Source of the DNA: Candidatus Poribacteria bacterium | GTDB taxonomy: Bacteria > Poribacteria > WGA-4E > JAJDTR01 | Direction of reading: 5' to 3' | DNA: 64,000 bases | Assembly (NCBI GenBank): GCA_965222225.1 | Contig: CBDCTK010000002.1 | Span: 4,992,001 to 5,056,000, forward strand | Shown here: piece by piece, positions 30,391 to 42,000 of the stretch | How the letters are laid out: each line of letters starts with the position of its first letter | Position numbering within the stretch: the first letter of the stretch is position 1 | Notes under the pieces: model-generated | Database searches by the model: none | What the model was told of the DNA's origin: nothing | The model's input: only the letters and a program-made list of their open reading frames with translations | Position numbers and translations under genes: made by a program

Positions 30391-30598
30391 GCAGCGAACC
30401 GTTGCCAATGCTGTGTGTAGTGGTGGGAAGATTTTGGTCAATGGGCAGAGAGCCAAAGCGGGCAAGGAGCTTGCTGTTGGTGATGTCTTGACCGTTACCT
30501 TCAGCGAAGATACTGAGCAGGTGTTTGAGATTGTAGAAATTCCCTCCGGTAATGTCTCAAGAGACAAGGCGCCTACCCTTTATCGTGTGCTCCGGTAA
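30350..30598 (+). CDS. S4-domain RNA-binding protein (Hsp15/RqcP-like)
   Basis: MRLDKFLQVSRIVKQRTVA...VNGQRAK; overlaps lon by 41 nt. Confidence 0.88.
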   Translation: MRLDKFLQVSRIVKQRTVANAVCSGGKILVNGQRAKAGKELAVGDVLTVTFSEDTEQVFEIVEIPSGNVSRDKAPTLYRVLR

Positions 30599-30753
30599 AA
30601 ACTCCCTCTGCACGGGATAGGCACAATCAGCGGAGTGAAATTGTCTCGGATAGTGTCTATTTTTACGCTATCCGCGGGAAATTTCACCACAGCCGAAATA
30701 TGGTGGCAAACAAGTTCGTGTTGAAAGTCAGGGGCTCAAGTGGTCATGTGAAA

Positions 30754-33700
30754 CTACTTCAATATTGCCATTCTCCGCATAGCAACAAAGTCACCTGCCG
30801 AAATCTGATAGAAATATGTTCCGCTTGAAATCGACTCACCCAGTTCATTCTTGCCATCCCAATATGCCGCGTTTGCCTGTGTGACGTATTCTCCAGCCTT
30901 TTGCTGTCCGATATCAAGATGGCGAACCAATGAGCCGCTAGTGTCAAAGATTCGAATCATCACTGAAGTATCTGATTCAATCTCGTAAGGTATCCACGTT
31001 TCAGGATTGAACGGATTTGGGAAGTTCTGTCCAAGTCGATTGGTGTAAAGCGGAATGGAAGTTTTTGCCACGCTTGGCGGTTTGCGAAATACGGTGGGAT
31101 CTTCTACTGAAAGTTCAAAGAGGTACTCGTTTATTTTGAACATGCGCAAGTCGTAGCGATCTGTAACATAAACGGTATCACCGATAACAATCAGGTCAGA
31201 CGGGAATCGTAACGCTGCTTGAAAGTTGGGACGTGAGACTAGATTGCGATTTCGGACATCCACAATCTGCAATCGTTTCTGATCCAGCAGGAAGAGGTGG
31301 TCTCCACGAATTTGTGCGGCGATTGGCAGCGCGTCGGTTTGATATTCGGCTATGGAATCGGGGCGTCTAGGATTGCTCAAGTCCAAGATTTGTACGCCTG
31401 CTAGCGTATCCAACAGATAACCCCTATTTCCAAAGACAGTGATATTTGTCGCATTCCCCTGTGATTCATAGCTTCCGATTGCTCGAGGGTTGGCAGGGTC
31501 GTCCAAGTCGAAAATTTGCAATCCACCGTTGAGAGCCGCCACGTATCCGAGGTTGTCGACGATTGTTATTCGATAAGCACTTCCCGGCATAGAGCGCCGG
31601 GCGACGACGCGGCTGTTCATCGGTTCGCGGCTATCGACTACGATTAACTCGTCCGCACACAAAAAAACATATCCTTCGTTGACTTCGATTCCCCAAGCAG
31701 GCGCGGTGGTCCGAATGTGTGAGACCATACGCGGATTGTTGGGATTGCTTAGATTTATAACAATTAAACCGCTGTCGGCTGCGGCAACGAAGGCGTGGGC
31801 GTTCTCGACCCGAACATCCACTGCAGTGCCCATAAGTGGTATGCGATGCCTAAAAACGGCATCAGACGCGCGCTCAATTTCAACTATCTTGAGCCCACCT
31901 GTCCCACATGCGATGTAGGCAATTCGATTTCCCTCCTCCGTTTCTAGAATGTCCATACCGTGAGCCTCGCCGGAGGCATCGTAACGATGTAGCCACTCTG
32001 GGCGGTTGGGTATGCTGAGGTCAATCACCTGTAGACCGCGATTTCCGTCAGCGATGTACCCGAACGTTTCATTCACATCGGATTTGAATAGGTCCAATCC
32101 CATTGCGTCTCCCGATGTTGGCTGAATCGCAACAGTTTGCGGCTGTTGACGATTTCGAACGTCGACCACATAAAGACCCGATTGGATGTCGGTGAGATAC
32201 AGGTACCCGTCTAGAAATTTAATAGCTGTTGCAATTCCTGGCGTTTGAATGCTTGAGATTGCTTTCGGTTTAAGGCGATTTCGCACGTCAACAATCTGCA
32301 TATTACCCGAAGCGACGTATGCGTATCCATCTACAACTTCGAAATCAAGGGCAAGTATATCAACAATGCCTGCAAATGCCGGGATGTTAATAAATTCAAA
32401 GTCGAGAATCTGGAATCCCTGGTTATCATCGCTAAAATAAACCGTGTCGCCGTCCACCACGATATCCAGAGCAAATCCGCTTGTTTGGAAGGTACCAATT
32501 GGCTGTGGGTTTGTCTGATTGTGCATTTCGTTAAGGTCATAGATTTGGAGTCCTTTGTTGATGTCTACTACGTATGCCTTCTCATTAGCAATCTTGATTC
32601 GGCGGACACTCTCGAAATTTCCGATGGTCCTAACCAATCTTGGATTATCGGGGCGCCGCACGTCAATGAGCGTTGCACCTGCAGCGCCATCCGCAACGTA
32701 AATCGTTTCTCTATCGATTGCGACACCTTGCGCATTTCCTGGCGTTGCGATCTGGCCAACCAATCGCGGGTGGCTTGGAGTCTCCAAATCGAAAACCTCT
32801 AATCCCCAGTCGCTTACTGCATAAACCAGTCCTTCACCGACAACTAAATCTTGATAGTAACTTGATAAATGTATTTGTGATACCGGCTCCAGTTTGAAGT
32901 CTACATAGGTCCGTTTGTGGCTTGGTTGAGATTGATTGCCGATTGCATGGGTAGTTGCTTTTGGGAGCGCAATTGATGAATCCATCTGGCGAGGGGGGCC
33001 AACAACGATACCAGACGTACCATCTGTAGTAGCGGCGTAACGGAACGATTGAGCAGCGGTAGAGGTCACCATGAGAACAACTCGGTCACTCGGGTTCAGG
33101 CTTTTCAACTCGATTCGTCCATTGTTGCCCTCATCAAAATTGATTGAATGAACGGAAGCGGTGCCGTTGCTGGGTAAAAGGGCAAGCTGGGCATGTAGGC
33201 TGCCATCGCCGGTGCCATCCAAAGCGATTTCAATCCGGTTCGGTAAATTACGAAACACGACGTATCGCACGCCCCAGTTCTCTACGTCGCCGGAGCGGAC
33301 AATCGGATAACTCGATACCTGCTGGACAGGAGCAACTACCCGTCGATTCTGTAGGTTTCTGTAACCTAACGATTTTCCGCGCGAGATATTGTTAACAAAA
33401 TTCGCAAGCGCCCAATTTTGAAAAACATCGGCGAAACGCTCCGGTCGACCCAATGATGTTAAAGTTGCGTCAATACCACGTATGCCGAGGAAATCTTGCC
33501 GAGCGAACTCACGAATAAACTTTTCGCCGCCATGCTGTTCAAACAGATATAACAGGAGTATAAATGATGCGCCATAGTATGTTTCAAACGTATTCCCCGA
33601 GGTCAGGGAGATTCCCGGGTCTTCAAAGTAGCCGTCAATGAAGATGCCGTGGACATTTCTGTAAATTGCCCATTCGACGAACGACGCGATTCCTTCCTCT

Positions 33701-34386
33701 ATCCAGCGTTCATCTGACGTTCCACCGTTCTGATACCAGTTGACAAGATGTGCGAATTCATGGGCTAAACTGTTATAAAATGTGAATCGCGATCGTTCTC
33801 TAAACTGGAAAATGTCCATGTAGACTATTTCCTTGCGGTTGCTGTTAAGCGCAGTGGGATCTTGATCTGTGGACGAAAAGTATCCGCCGAATTCCTTGCC
33901 TGAGTTATTTGCACCAACATCGTGCATTAGCAAAGTTATTCTCGTATCAAGATCCAATCCTGGCCGCCATTCGAATCCAACCCAACGATGAACTTGCGGA
34001 TAAATTCGAGAATCAAACTCAGCGACAATCTCGCGCGCCTCGGCGGCGGTCATCATGTCTAAGAAGGGATTCTCAACATAGAGATAAATGTTCTCACTGA
34101 TGGCGAGACAGGTGGCTTCGACCAACTGTTCCGGGATGTGCGTGAAGAATCGTTCGATATTTCCTACGTGGACTTCGGGGGGAGGGGCAGCGGGGAGGTG
34201 CGGCAACTGCGGGGCTCCGGCAACAGGTGGTCGCGAGGTTTCCTCACGCCAGAGCATAGGAGTACCACAACCCCAGTGAGCACCGGCAGCTGAATCTTCT
34301 TCATCAAGTGCAGCCTGGGTTAGGTTGGCGATGGCATAAAGTAAGCAGAGCAGCAGATTACGGTACACTAATATATTGACCTCCAC
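30754..34386 (-). CDS. Secreted zinc metallopeptidase (M6/M30-like) with LVIVD repeats and a C-terminal FlgD-Ig/sorting-like domain
   Basis: Signal peptide, CGTP, LAHEFAH...WIEEGIA; repeated AYVA..GGLQI.D.S.P units; QNFPNPFNPETWIPY tail. Confidence 0.82.
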   Translation of the reverse strand: MEVNILVYRNLLLCLLYAIANLTQAALDEEDSAAGAHWGCGTPMLWREETSRPPVAGAPQLPHLPAAPPPEVHVGNIERFFTHIPEQLVEATCLAISENIYLYVENPFLDMMTAAEAREIVAEFDSRIYPQVHRWVGFEWRPGLDLDTRITLLMHDVGANNSGKEFGGYFSSTDQDPTALNSNRKEIVYMDIFQFRERSRFTFYNSLAHEFAHLVNWYQNGGTSDERWIEEGIASFVEWAIYRNVHGIFIDGYFEDPGISLTSGNTFETYYGASFILLLYLFEQHGGEKFIREFARQDFLGIRGIDATLTSLGRPERFADVFQNWALANFVNNISRGKSLGYRNLQNRRVVAPVQQVSSYPIVRSGDVENWGVRYVVFRNLPNRIEIALDGTGDGSLHAQLALLPSNGTASVHSINFDEGNNGRIELKSLNPSDRVVLMVTSTAAQSFRYAATTDGTSGIVVGPPRQMDSSIALPKATTHAIGNQSQPSHKRTYVDFKLEPVSQIHLSSYYQDLVVGEGLVYAVSDWGLEVFDLETPSHPRLVGQIATPGNAQGVAIDRETIYVADGAAGATLIDVRRPDNPRLVRTIGNFESVRRIKIANEKAYVVDINKGLQIYDLNEMHNQTNPQPIGTFQTSGFALDIVVDGDTVYFSDDNQGFQILDFEFINIPAFAGIVDILALDFEVVDGYAYVASGNMQIVDVRNRLKPKAISSIQTPGIATAIKFLDGYLYLTDIQSGLYVVDVRNRQQPQTVAIQPTSGDAMGLDLFKSDVNETFGYIADGNRGLQVIDLSIPNRPEWLHRYDASGEAHGMDILETEEGNRIAYIACGTGGLKIVEIERASDAVFRHRIPLMGTAVDVRVENAHAFVAAADSGLIVINLSNPNNPRMVSHIRTTAPAWGIEVNEGYVFLCADELIVVDSREPMNSRVVARRSMPGSAYRITIVDNLGYVAALNGGLQIFDLDDPANPRAIGSYESQGNATNITVFGNRGYLLDTLAGVQILDLSNPRRPDSIAEYQTDALPIAAQIRGDHLFLLDQKRLQIVDVRNRNLVSRPNFQAALRFPSDLIVIGDTVYVTDRYDLRMFKINEYLFELSVEDPTVFRKPPSVAKTSIPLYTNRLGQNFPNPFNPETWIPYEIESDTSVMIRIFDTSGSLVRHLDIGQQKAGEYVTQANAAYWDGKNELGESISSGTYFYQISAGDFVAMRRMAILK

Positions 34387-34904
34387 GCCTACAACATTAA
34401 CAAGATCTTGGTCGTTGAAGAAGGTAAGTGTTTTCAGACCGTTTCAAGGTACATGGCGGTGCAGTTTCTACAGAGTAAAAGCGAAGATTTCATGTTATTA
34501 CGTCAGGATGAATCCGTTCTAGGCCGTATTTGGTTGTCTCTCGTGATTTGGGATTTTACTACAACACTACACAGATGTCAATTTTAGACGTGTTTAATAG
34601 CGTACTGAGAACCGAAATGTTCCACGGTTCAATGGTGTTATCAACAATTGGGAGTAGAATGAACGGGGCACCCGTTTTAAGGAGACAGACTCTTATTTAA
34701 CATGTGGGATAGAGAAAGAATTTGATCTTTGCCAAAAAATCGAATATACTTGATATCCAACTTCAAGACGCCGAGTTTAGGATTCATTCGACATAAACGA
34801 CAATATACACATTTTTGTTTGCAGACGGGTTACGAATAATTTAATGACAGGTTACCTCATATCATTACTGAAGTATAGCTCGTCGGGATTCCACTAAGAA
34901 CTTG

Positions 34905-37900
34905 ATGAACCAACAGAAACTCAAACGCACGCTTGCCTTTGTGCTGTTCACGATTTCACTTTGCTACATCTCCGATTCGTCGGCAGCCCCGCCCCTTCCA
35001 CATACGTATTACGGCAAAGACTACCCAGACAATTCCGAATTTATCTCATTTCTCCAGAAGTTTCCGAGTTACGCCAAGTCGCTTTGGAAAGGCAACTATC
35101 GTGGGGATTCGCAGATTGGGTACTTCGGCAGCGGTGGACACGACCACAACCAAATGCGATCTCACGCGAACTTTATTTTTGTGTGTGCGCTTCTCAAAGC
35201 AGACGCGAATTACGATTCGTCCGTCTCTGGAATAGACCGAGATTGGCTTCTTACCCAAGCACGAGCTGCCCTTCGCTATCTTACGGAGACTCATGTCACC
35301 GGGAATAATGTCTGCGTTGATGGACGGAAATGGGGCAAACAACCGAATCAGTGGATAGCACCATGGGTGATTTCCAAAGCGGTAGCGGGGGCACGCCTTA
35401 TTTGGGAGGATTTGACCCGGGACGAACAGAATGCTATTCGGCGCGTCGTGGTTCATGAAGCGAACTACCAACTAAAGCAGCGCGCTGCATCCCGAGCGTA
35501 TGGAGATACGCATGCTGAATTCAATGCCTTGAACGCCGAGGTGCTTGCTTGGGCAGCCAGTCTATATCCAACTCATCCGAACGCGAGACACTGGTTGCTT
35601 AAGGCACAAGAGATGTTCATGAACACGTTTTCAGTGGCTCAGGACAAAAGAGACATAACTATTGTTGATCGTAGACGCGTCAATGAATGGGTCTATACAG
35701 CTAATGCCCATCCAGATTTCACGCTTGAGGGACACGGTGGTTACCACTTCGATTATATTGCTGTTCCTTTGCATTCTCTTGCTTGGGCGTATTACGCGTT
35801 TGTTAGCAATGGACAGCCCGTACCCCAGTCTCTATTTCATCATGTGTTAGATGTTTGGAATAGTCTGAAGAAAACCCATCTCTACTCGGGGCGTTTTGCT
35901 TACCTACAAGGAAAAGATTGGGCTCGACATGTCTATGGACCTTACTTTATCGTGCCCATGTTGGCGTTGCTTCAAAATGAATTTGGCGATGCGGACGCTC
36001 GATTTATTGAGCAACTTCGATTCGGGGCACTTCAATGGGAACAACAGCAGAACAGCAGAGGAAGCGTTTTCGATAGAAGATTCGGGTATCAGCGTACGGG
36101 CTGGCCAGTGATATATGAAACCGATTGTTATGCGAATCTAGGACTTGCATACCTGCTTCATCAATTCGCACCATCAATTCATGCGGAAAGCGCTTATGAC
36201 TTTCAAGAAAAGGTTGAAGGCAACTTTTACAGCAGATATTGCGATTTTCTTTATGCTCGCAATAAAGATGTGTTTGCATCATTCAGTTGGAAACATCTAT
36301 CCAGAAGGTATCCGATGGCTTTGTTTGTACCGGGAGACGATTATATGGTGGAGTGGGCAGACGGCAATCTGATGGGGACTCTAAGTGTTGAAAACACTGA
36401 TATGGCTCGAACGACCATACGCCATAACAACCGTTTGCTCAAGGATGGCTTCGTTACCACTGGACACATTCAAGAAGGAAAATCGAAGGGCGGTTTCGGA
36501 ATCGATCACTACATTAGTTTTACTGCGTTGCCAAAAAACAAAATGGCTGTAATGATGGAACTCTTGGTGGCAAAGACGCCGATACATGTAGCAGGCCAGT
36601 CAGGATTATCGTATTATTTGCCAAACGATATTTTTAACAATGGTGTAAGACAGGTACATTGGGAGGCAGGCAACGCTCGCTTACGAGGCGCTAGGGGGGT
36701 GATCGCAAATCCCATAACCATAGATTCCAAATGGGTCAATATAGACAATAAACTGGGAATTATCAGCGTACCGGATAACGGTCAATTTCAGATCTTACCC
36801 GGAAGTAGGAATCTTTGGAATGGGCAGATTAGCGAACGAATTGACTACGTGACCGGATCGAGACGGCGGCAATATAAACAGAATGATGTTATCCGATCGC
36901 AGGGCTATTTTCTTACCAATACTGATATTCAATCGACGCGAAAGATTGCGGAGACTGAAGTTCACTGGCTGAAGGCAGACGACGATTTCGTTAAGGCGGT
37001 CACATTCAGGGACGGCGGTTCAAATCGTATAATCGTCGCAAATTTCAGACATACTCCAATAGATACCACGATTCAATTGCATACCGGTGAAAGGGTGGAG
37101 GTGCGACTTCAGAGGCTTAATACTGTGATATTAGGAGAGGTCGCCGGTGCCGAAGTCACGCACTCGAAGGATAATGGAAAGATGGTGCTGGTGCCAGCAG
37201 GAGAGTTCATCATGGGAACAAGCCAAGCACAACTTCAGAGAATCGTGCAGGGACGAAGGGATGCCGACGCCCTCAGGGAAGTCTTTGCACATGAACAGCC
37301 GCAGCACCGTGTTTATATCGACTCGTTTTACATCGACAAATACGAGGTCACAAATAAGCAATTCAAGAAATTCGTTGATTCCACCGGATATGTCACAGAT
37401 GCCGAGAAACAGGGCTGGGGATATCTGTGGGAAGGATCGAATGAATGGCCTCGCCCAGAAGGCGCGTCCTGGCGCGCCCCTCATGGCCATGGCAGCTCAA
37501 TTCGGCGTAAGGACAACTATCCTGTCGTGCAAGTTAGCTACAATGACGCATTGGCGTACCTAGAATGGGCAGAGAAACGATTACCGACTGAAGCAGAGTG
37601 GGAAAAGGCTGCCAGAGGCATAGATGATCGCCTGTATCCGTGGGGCAATCAATGGGACCCAACCCGCCTGAACTCATGGGAGGCAGGACCACACAAAACA
37701 ACACCCGTTGGAAGTTATCCCAAGGGAGTCAGCCCATATGGCGCATACGACATGGTGGGAAATGTGTGGGAGTGGGTATTCGACTGGTATCACCCGAAAT
37801 ACTACCGTACTTCGCAGGAATGGTCAAATCCCACAGGACCAGCAGAAGGAAAACATCGTGTACTGCGGGGGGCTTGTTGGTTGAATGAAAAGCATGTTAC

Positions 37901-38642
37901 ACGGTGTGCTCATCGCGACAATTATGTAACTGTTCCCGATTTTCGAATCCACCTAGGCGGGTTTCGAGGTGTGGTGTCCGCAAACCGATTTGAGGGCGAA
38001 TCAAGATTTCGGAATCTTGAAGATGTGAATTCGGATGGTGCAGTTGATGTTCTTGATTTTATTATCGTGGCTAGTGAATTTGGTCAAACCTTGCCTAGTC
38101 AATCCGCTGCAGATGTCAACTTTGATGGGCTAGTGGACGTTTCGGATCTGACTCTTGTTGCTTCGCACCTTGACGAAGGCACCGCATCGTCAGCTGCACC
38201 TAGTATCGCGCAGCGTTTTTCTCAACAGCAACTTTCTAACATGCGCGAGGCGCTTAATAGTTTGGAAGTCCTTGCCAATCCGCCGTCGGGGGTAGAGATT
38301 GCGCGACAGTTTCTAAGGAGGTGGTTGCGACATGTGCCCACAATTGTCGAGGAGACGAAACTGTTGCCCAACTACCCTAATCCCTTTAATCCGGAAACTT
38401 GGATTCCCTATCAGCTTGCAGTTGATACCGAGGTTAAGATTTCGATCTATGATATTGCGGGGACTCTCGTGCGGCACTTGGATTTAGGACATCAGAAAGC
38501 AGGGATTTATGAACTGAAATCCACGGCGGCGTATTGGGATGGAAAGTCGGCTAACGGAGAACCGGTTTCGAGTGGTCTGTACTTTTATCAACTCCGGGCG
38601 GGCAACTTCACCTCGGTAAAGCGTATGGCAGTTATCAAGTAA
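34905..38642 (+). CDS. Secreted multidomain protein: lyase-like N-terminus, FGE-sulfatase (SUMF1) domain, dockerin-like repeats, FlgD-Ig/sorting-like domain
   Basis: GEFIMG, DKYEVTN, PVVQVSY, RLPTEAEWEKAARG, DMVGNVWEW; DVNSDGAVDVLD and DVNFDGLVDVSD; NYPNPFNPETWIPYQL. Confidence 0.8.
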   Translation: MNQQKLKRTLAFVLFTISLCYISDSSAAPPLPHTYYGKDYPDNSEFISFLQKFPSYAKSLWKGNYRGDSQIGYFGSGGHDHNQMRSHANFIFVCALLKADANYDSSVSGIDRDWLLTQARAALRYLTETHVTGNNVCVDGRKWGKQPNQWIAPWVISKAVAGARLIWEDLTRDEQNAIRRVVVHEANYQLKQRAASRAYGDTHAEFNALNAEVLAWAASLYPTHPNARHWLLKAQEMFMNTFSVAQDKRDITIVDRRRVNEWVYTANAHPDFTLEGHGGYHFDYIAVPLHSLAWAYYAFVSNGQPVPQSLFHHVLDVWNSLKKTHLYSGRFAYLQGKDWARHVYGPYFIVPMLALLQNEFGDADARFIEQLRFGALQWEQQQNSRGSVFDRRFGYQRTGWPVIYETDCYANLGLAYLLHQFAPSIHAESAYDFQEKVEGNFYSRYCDFLYARNKDVFASFSWKHLSRRYPMALFVPGDDYMVEWADGNLMGTLSVENTDMARTTIRHNNRLLKDGFVTTGHIQEGKSKGGFGIDHYISFTALPKNKMAVMMELLVAKTPIHVAGQSGLSYYLPNDIFNNGVRQVHWEAGNARLRGARGVIANPITIDSKWVNIDNKLGIISVPDNGQFQILPGSRNLWNGQISERIDYVTGSRRRQYKQNDVIRSQGYFLTNTDIQSTRKIAETEVHWLKADDDFVKAVTFRDGGSNRIIVANFRHTPIDTTIQLHTGERVEVRLQRLNTVILGEVAGAEVTHSKDNGKMVLVPAGEFIMGTSQAQLQRIVQGRRDADALREVFAHEQPQHRVYIDSFYIDKYEVTNKQFKKFVDSTGYVTDAEKQGWGYLWEGSNEWPRPEGASWRAPHGHGSSIRRKDNYPVVQVSYNDALAYLEWAEKRLPTEAEWEKAARGIDDRLYPWGNQWDPTRLNSWEAGPHKTTPVGSYPKGVSPYGAYDMVGNVWEWVFDWYHPKYYRTSQEWSNPTGPAEGKHRVLRGACWLNEKHVTRCAHRDNYVTVPDFRIHLGGFRGVVSANRFEGESRFRNLEDVNSDGAVDVLDFIIVASEFGQTLPSQSAADVNFDGLVDVSDLTLVASHLDEGTASSAAPSIAQRFSQQQLSNMREALNSLEVLANPPSGVEIARQFLRRWLRHVPTIVEETKLLPNYPNPFNPETWIPYQLAVDTEVKISIYDIAGTLVRHLDLGHQKAGIYELKSTAAYWDGKSANGEPVSSGLYFYQLRAGNFTSVKRMAVIK

Positions 38643-39072
38643 ACTGAGACACCAAGCGGGCATCTGCTATAGTAAAAAAATCGGAAACATGCGAAACCAA
38701 ATTCAGCCAAATTCATCGCTGCGCTTAGGAAGGTTTGATTTCACAACCTTCAGTCTATGGAATTCACCGATAGATGAGAAGTTAATCGGGATGATTTAAA
38801 GGGAGCATCTTTAACTGTGGATTTGCATGGCACACAAATTAGCTGGCTTGCTAAGATTGATGTGTGTGCATTGATAATGTTAAATGAAGCGCCAAGTAAG
38901 ATGACCTATATGATGCTCTTCTTCCGTGATGATATTTATTCTGATTAACTGTGCCGGTACATTCGCTGTCTCATTCACCTTTTCTATCATCGTGAGAAGT
39001 TGAGTCAGTGATACTGTTACGCTCGAAATACGATAAAATAGGGTGCGTCCAGTGTACAACTCGCAGGAGTCC

Positions 39073-42000
39073 ATGTTCAGGTCGCTTCGCGTCCAACTCA
39101 CAATATTTCGCTTACTCTATCCATTAATATTCCTCCTCTGTTTTAACGTACCAACTTGGGCGGAGCCGATCGTCCGCACAGTCTACGCGGACTCGGTGAG
39201 CCTCGTCGTTGAATTCAAGCTGCCCGAGCTACGGTTTAGCGACGAGAATAGTGGCGGGCAAACCTACTCTCTAATATCCTTTAATGGCGCCCAACACACG
39301 CTGGAAGCTGGATATCCTAAACTTCCTACTTATTCACAGTTAATTGGCATACCGGTCCGTGAGATTCCTCACGCCACTATTATCAATTCCCGATTTGAGA
39401 TTCGCCCTACCAAGAAAGTCCTGCCTGTTCAGTCCGATTTTGTCCGCCAATCTGAGGATTCGCCTGTCCCGTCCACGGTTCGGTATGAGACAAACACAGA
39501 TTTCTATCGCCAAAACCGTTTTTATCCGACACATTTGGCCGAGGTTGTACCGGTCGGATTTATCCGAGATCAACGTGTCGCGCAACTCAAGATTCATCCT
39601 ATTCAATATAATCCCCGGTTGTCGAAACTCAAAATTTATCGAGAATTACAGATCCGAATAGATTTCAATCAACCAGCTTCCTCCGTATCTCAAGCGTTTA
39701 CCACCTACCAGCCATCAAGACCGTTTGAGGAATTGTTCCAAACGAGGCTGCTCAATTACAACCAAGCCAAGGCATGGCGGTTGGTACGACAGTCTCAAGC
39801 TCAACTTGCCTCTGCGTTTGCAGAAGGAAACATGGAGCAAAGATACAAACTCACGATTACGCGTACAGGTATGTATCGAGTTACCTACAGTAGGCTTGAG
39901 CGGACCGGTGCAGACGCATCGAAAATCGATTTAAATACATTAAAGATGGAAACTGAGGGGCGTTTAGTCGGCGTGTACGTCATTGATAAAGCCGAAGACG
40001 GAAAATTCGATCGTGATGACTCTATTGTCTTCTATGGACAAGAACTTGTTGGGAACAAATTTACCGATACAAATGTATACTGGCTCTCTTGGAATAGCCC
40101 TGGAAGTTCGCGCGTAGGGGTTGTAGACGCCCAACAAAAAACACGCAGTGCACGTATTCCGGTTGCATTCCTGAAGACTGAACGCTTTGAAAGAGACATC
40201 TTTCATAATTCTTTAGAGGCGGATGATGTCCGTTCAGAACTTGCAGATCACTACTTTTGGGCTAGTTTTAAAGGAGGCGACAGCAAGCCGTTTCCGATCA
40301 ACATCCCGGGCGCCATCCCTCGCCAATTGATAAATCGTCTTGCAACAATTCGTGTCAAACTTCAAGGTGCCTCCCTGTATACTCATAAAGCGCGGTTTCT
40401 CCTCAACAACAAGTCGATCGGCAGAACTCAGGACTGGAGAAGACAAGCCGATATTTTGACGATTCATGAATTTCAACAGCGGCAGTTTCTCCTCCATGAT
40501 GCGACCAATGAATTAACTGTGATTGCTGAAGATAACGCTCGTTTGTCTTCAGACAAGGCAGAGTTTTACGTTGATTGGTTTGAAGTCGATTATTGGCATA
40601 GTTTTAAGGCCTTATCTGGAGCGCTAGAGTTTAACTCCACTACCGAACCTGAATCTAATGGAATAGTGCGATATCGTGTCGACAATTTACGTGCCAGCGA
40701 AGTGGATGTCTATAAGATTGACAACGGCAGCATCGTCGCAAAACTGGTTAACGGCAGAATTGATGGTAGTTCCAGCCCAAATTTTCGGATTACGTTTGAG
40801 GATATGGTCACGCAACCATTAAGTTATTTTGTGCTCGATGACCGTGCTTACCATAGTGTCACTAGAATCGTGCCAGCGAAACCTCCGACACTCAGAGACC
40901 CTGCCAATCAAGCCGATTACATTGTAATCAGCCACAAAGATTTCATCAATAGCATACAACCTTTGGTCAAGTTTCGACGTTCTCAGGGGTATTCTGTCAT
41001 TGTTGTAGACATTGACGATGTGTATGAGCAGTTCAATCACGGCGTCTTCAGCCCGTTTGCAATCCAACAGTTCTTACGCTACGCATACACAAGTTGGCAA
41101 CAACCGGCTCCTTCTTATGTCCTGCTCGTTGGTGATGCGCATTACGATTATAAGAGGGCAACTGTCGCACTCTATCGACTGGACAACAGGACCTTTAATC
41201 TTTATCCGATTTATGTCCCCACAATTCACGGATGGGCACCGGTAAGTGGTGAAACGGCAATGGATCATCGATTTGTCACCGTCAGCGGGGAGGATACACT
41301 GCCAGACATGTTCATTGGACGATTATCCGTTCAATACGCACATGAGCTAGACGCTATGGTGAAGAAGCTGATTGATTATGAGCAGAATCCAAAGTTTGGG
41401 GTATGGCAACGTACACTCGCCCAAGTTGCAGATGACGAAAAGAGTAACAGCATTGACTGGATTTTTGAAGAAAGTCGCGATCGCCTCATTAAGGAATTTA
41501 TTCCAGTTGCCTACGATACGCGTGAAATCTACCTTAGAAAAATAGAGAGCCCTGACCGGACAAACGGGCTAATTTTTAAAGCTATTGAAGAGGGTTCGCT
41601 GATACTTGAGTACTCAGGGCACGGTGGGTCCGACACATGGGCAGATGAAGGTATCTTCCGCATTGAAAATATCAAACGATTAAGAAACCAACGCCTTCCT
41701 TTTGTTGTGACGACAACCTGTCTCAATGGTCAATTTGACAAGCCTCTCCAGTTTGGCCAGCGCTGTTTGAGTGAAGAATTCATGATGGGAAGATATGGAG
41801 CACTTGGAACGTTGAGTGCCACACGCCTGACCTTTGCTACTGCCAATGCAGTGTTTGATGAAGATCTGTTTAACTCCATTTTCAACGTGAAACCATCAAC
41901 CCTTGGCGCTATAACTGCCGATGCGAAAATCAAGTTTATTGGAAGCGCAGTAAGCAATAACAGGCTGAGTTGGATTCCCGGAGCCGAACAGTACACCTTA

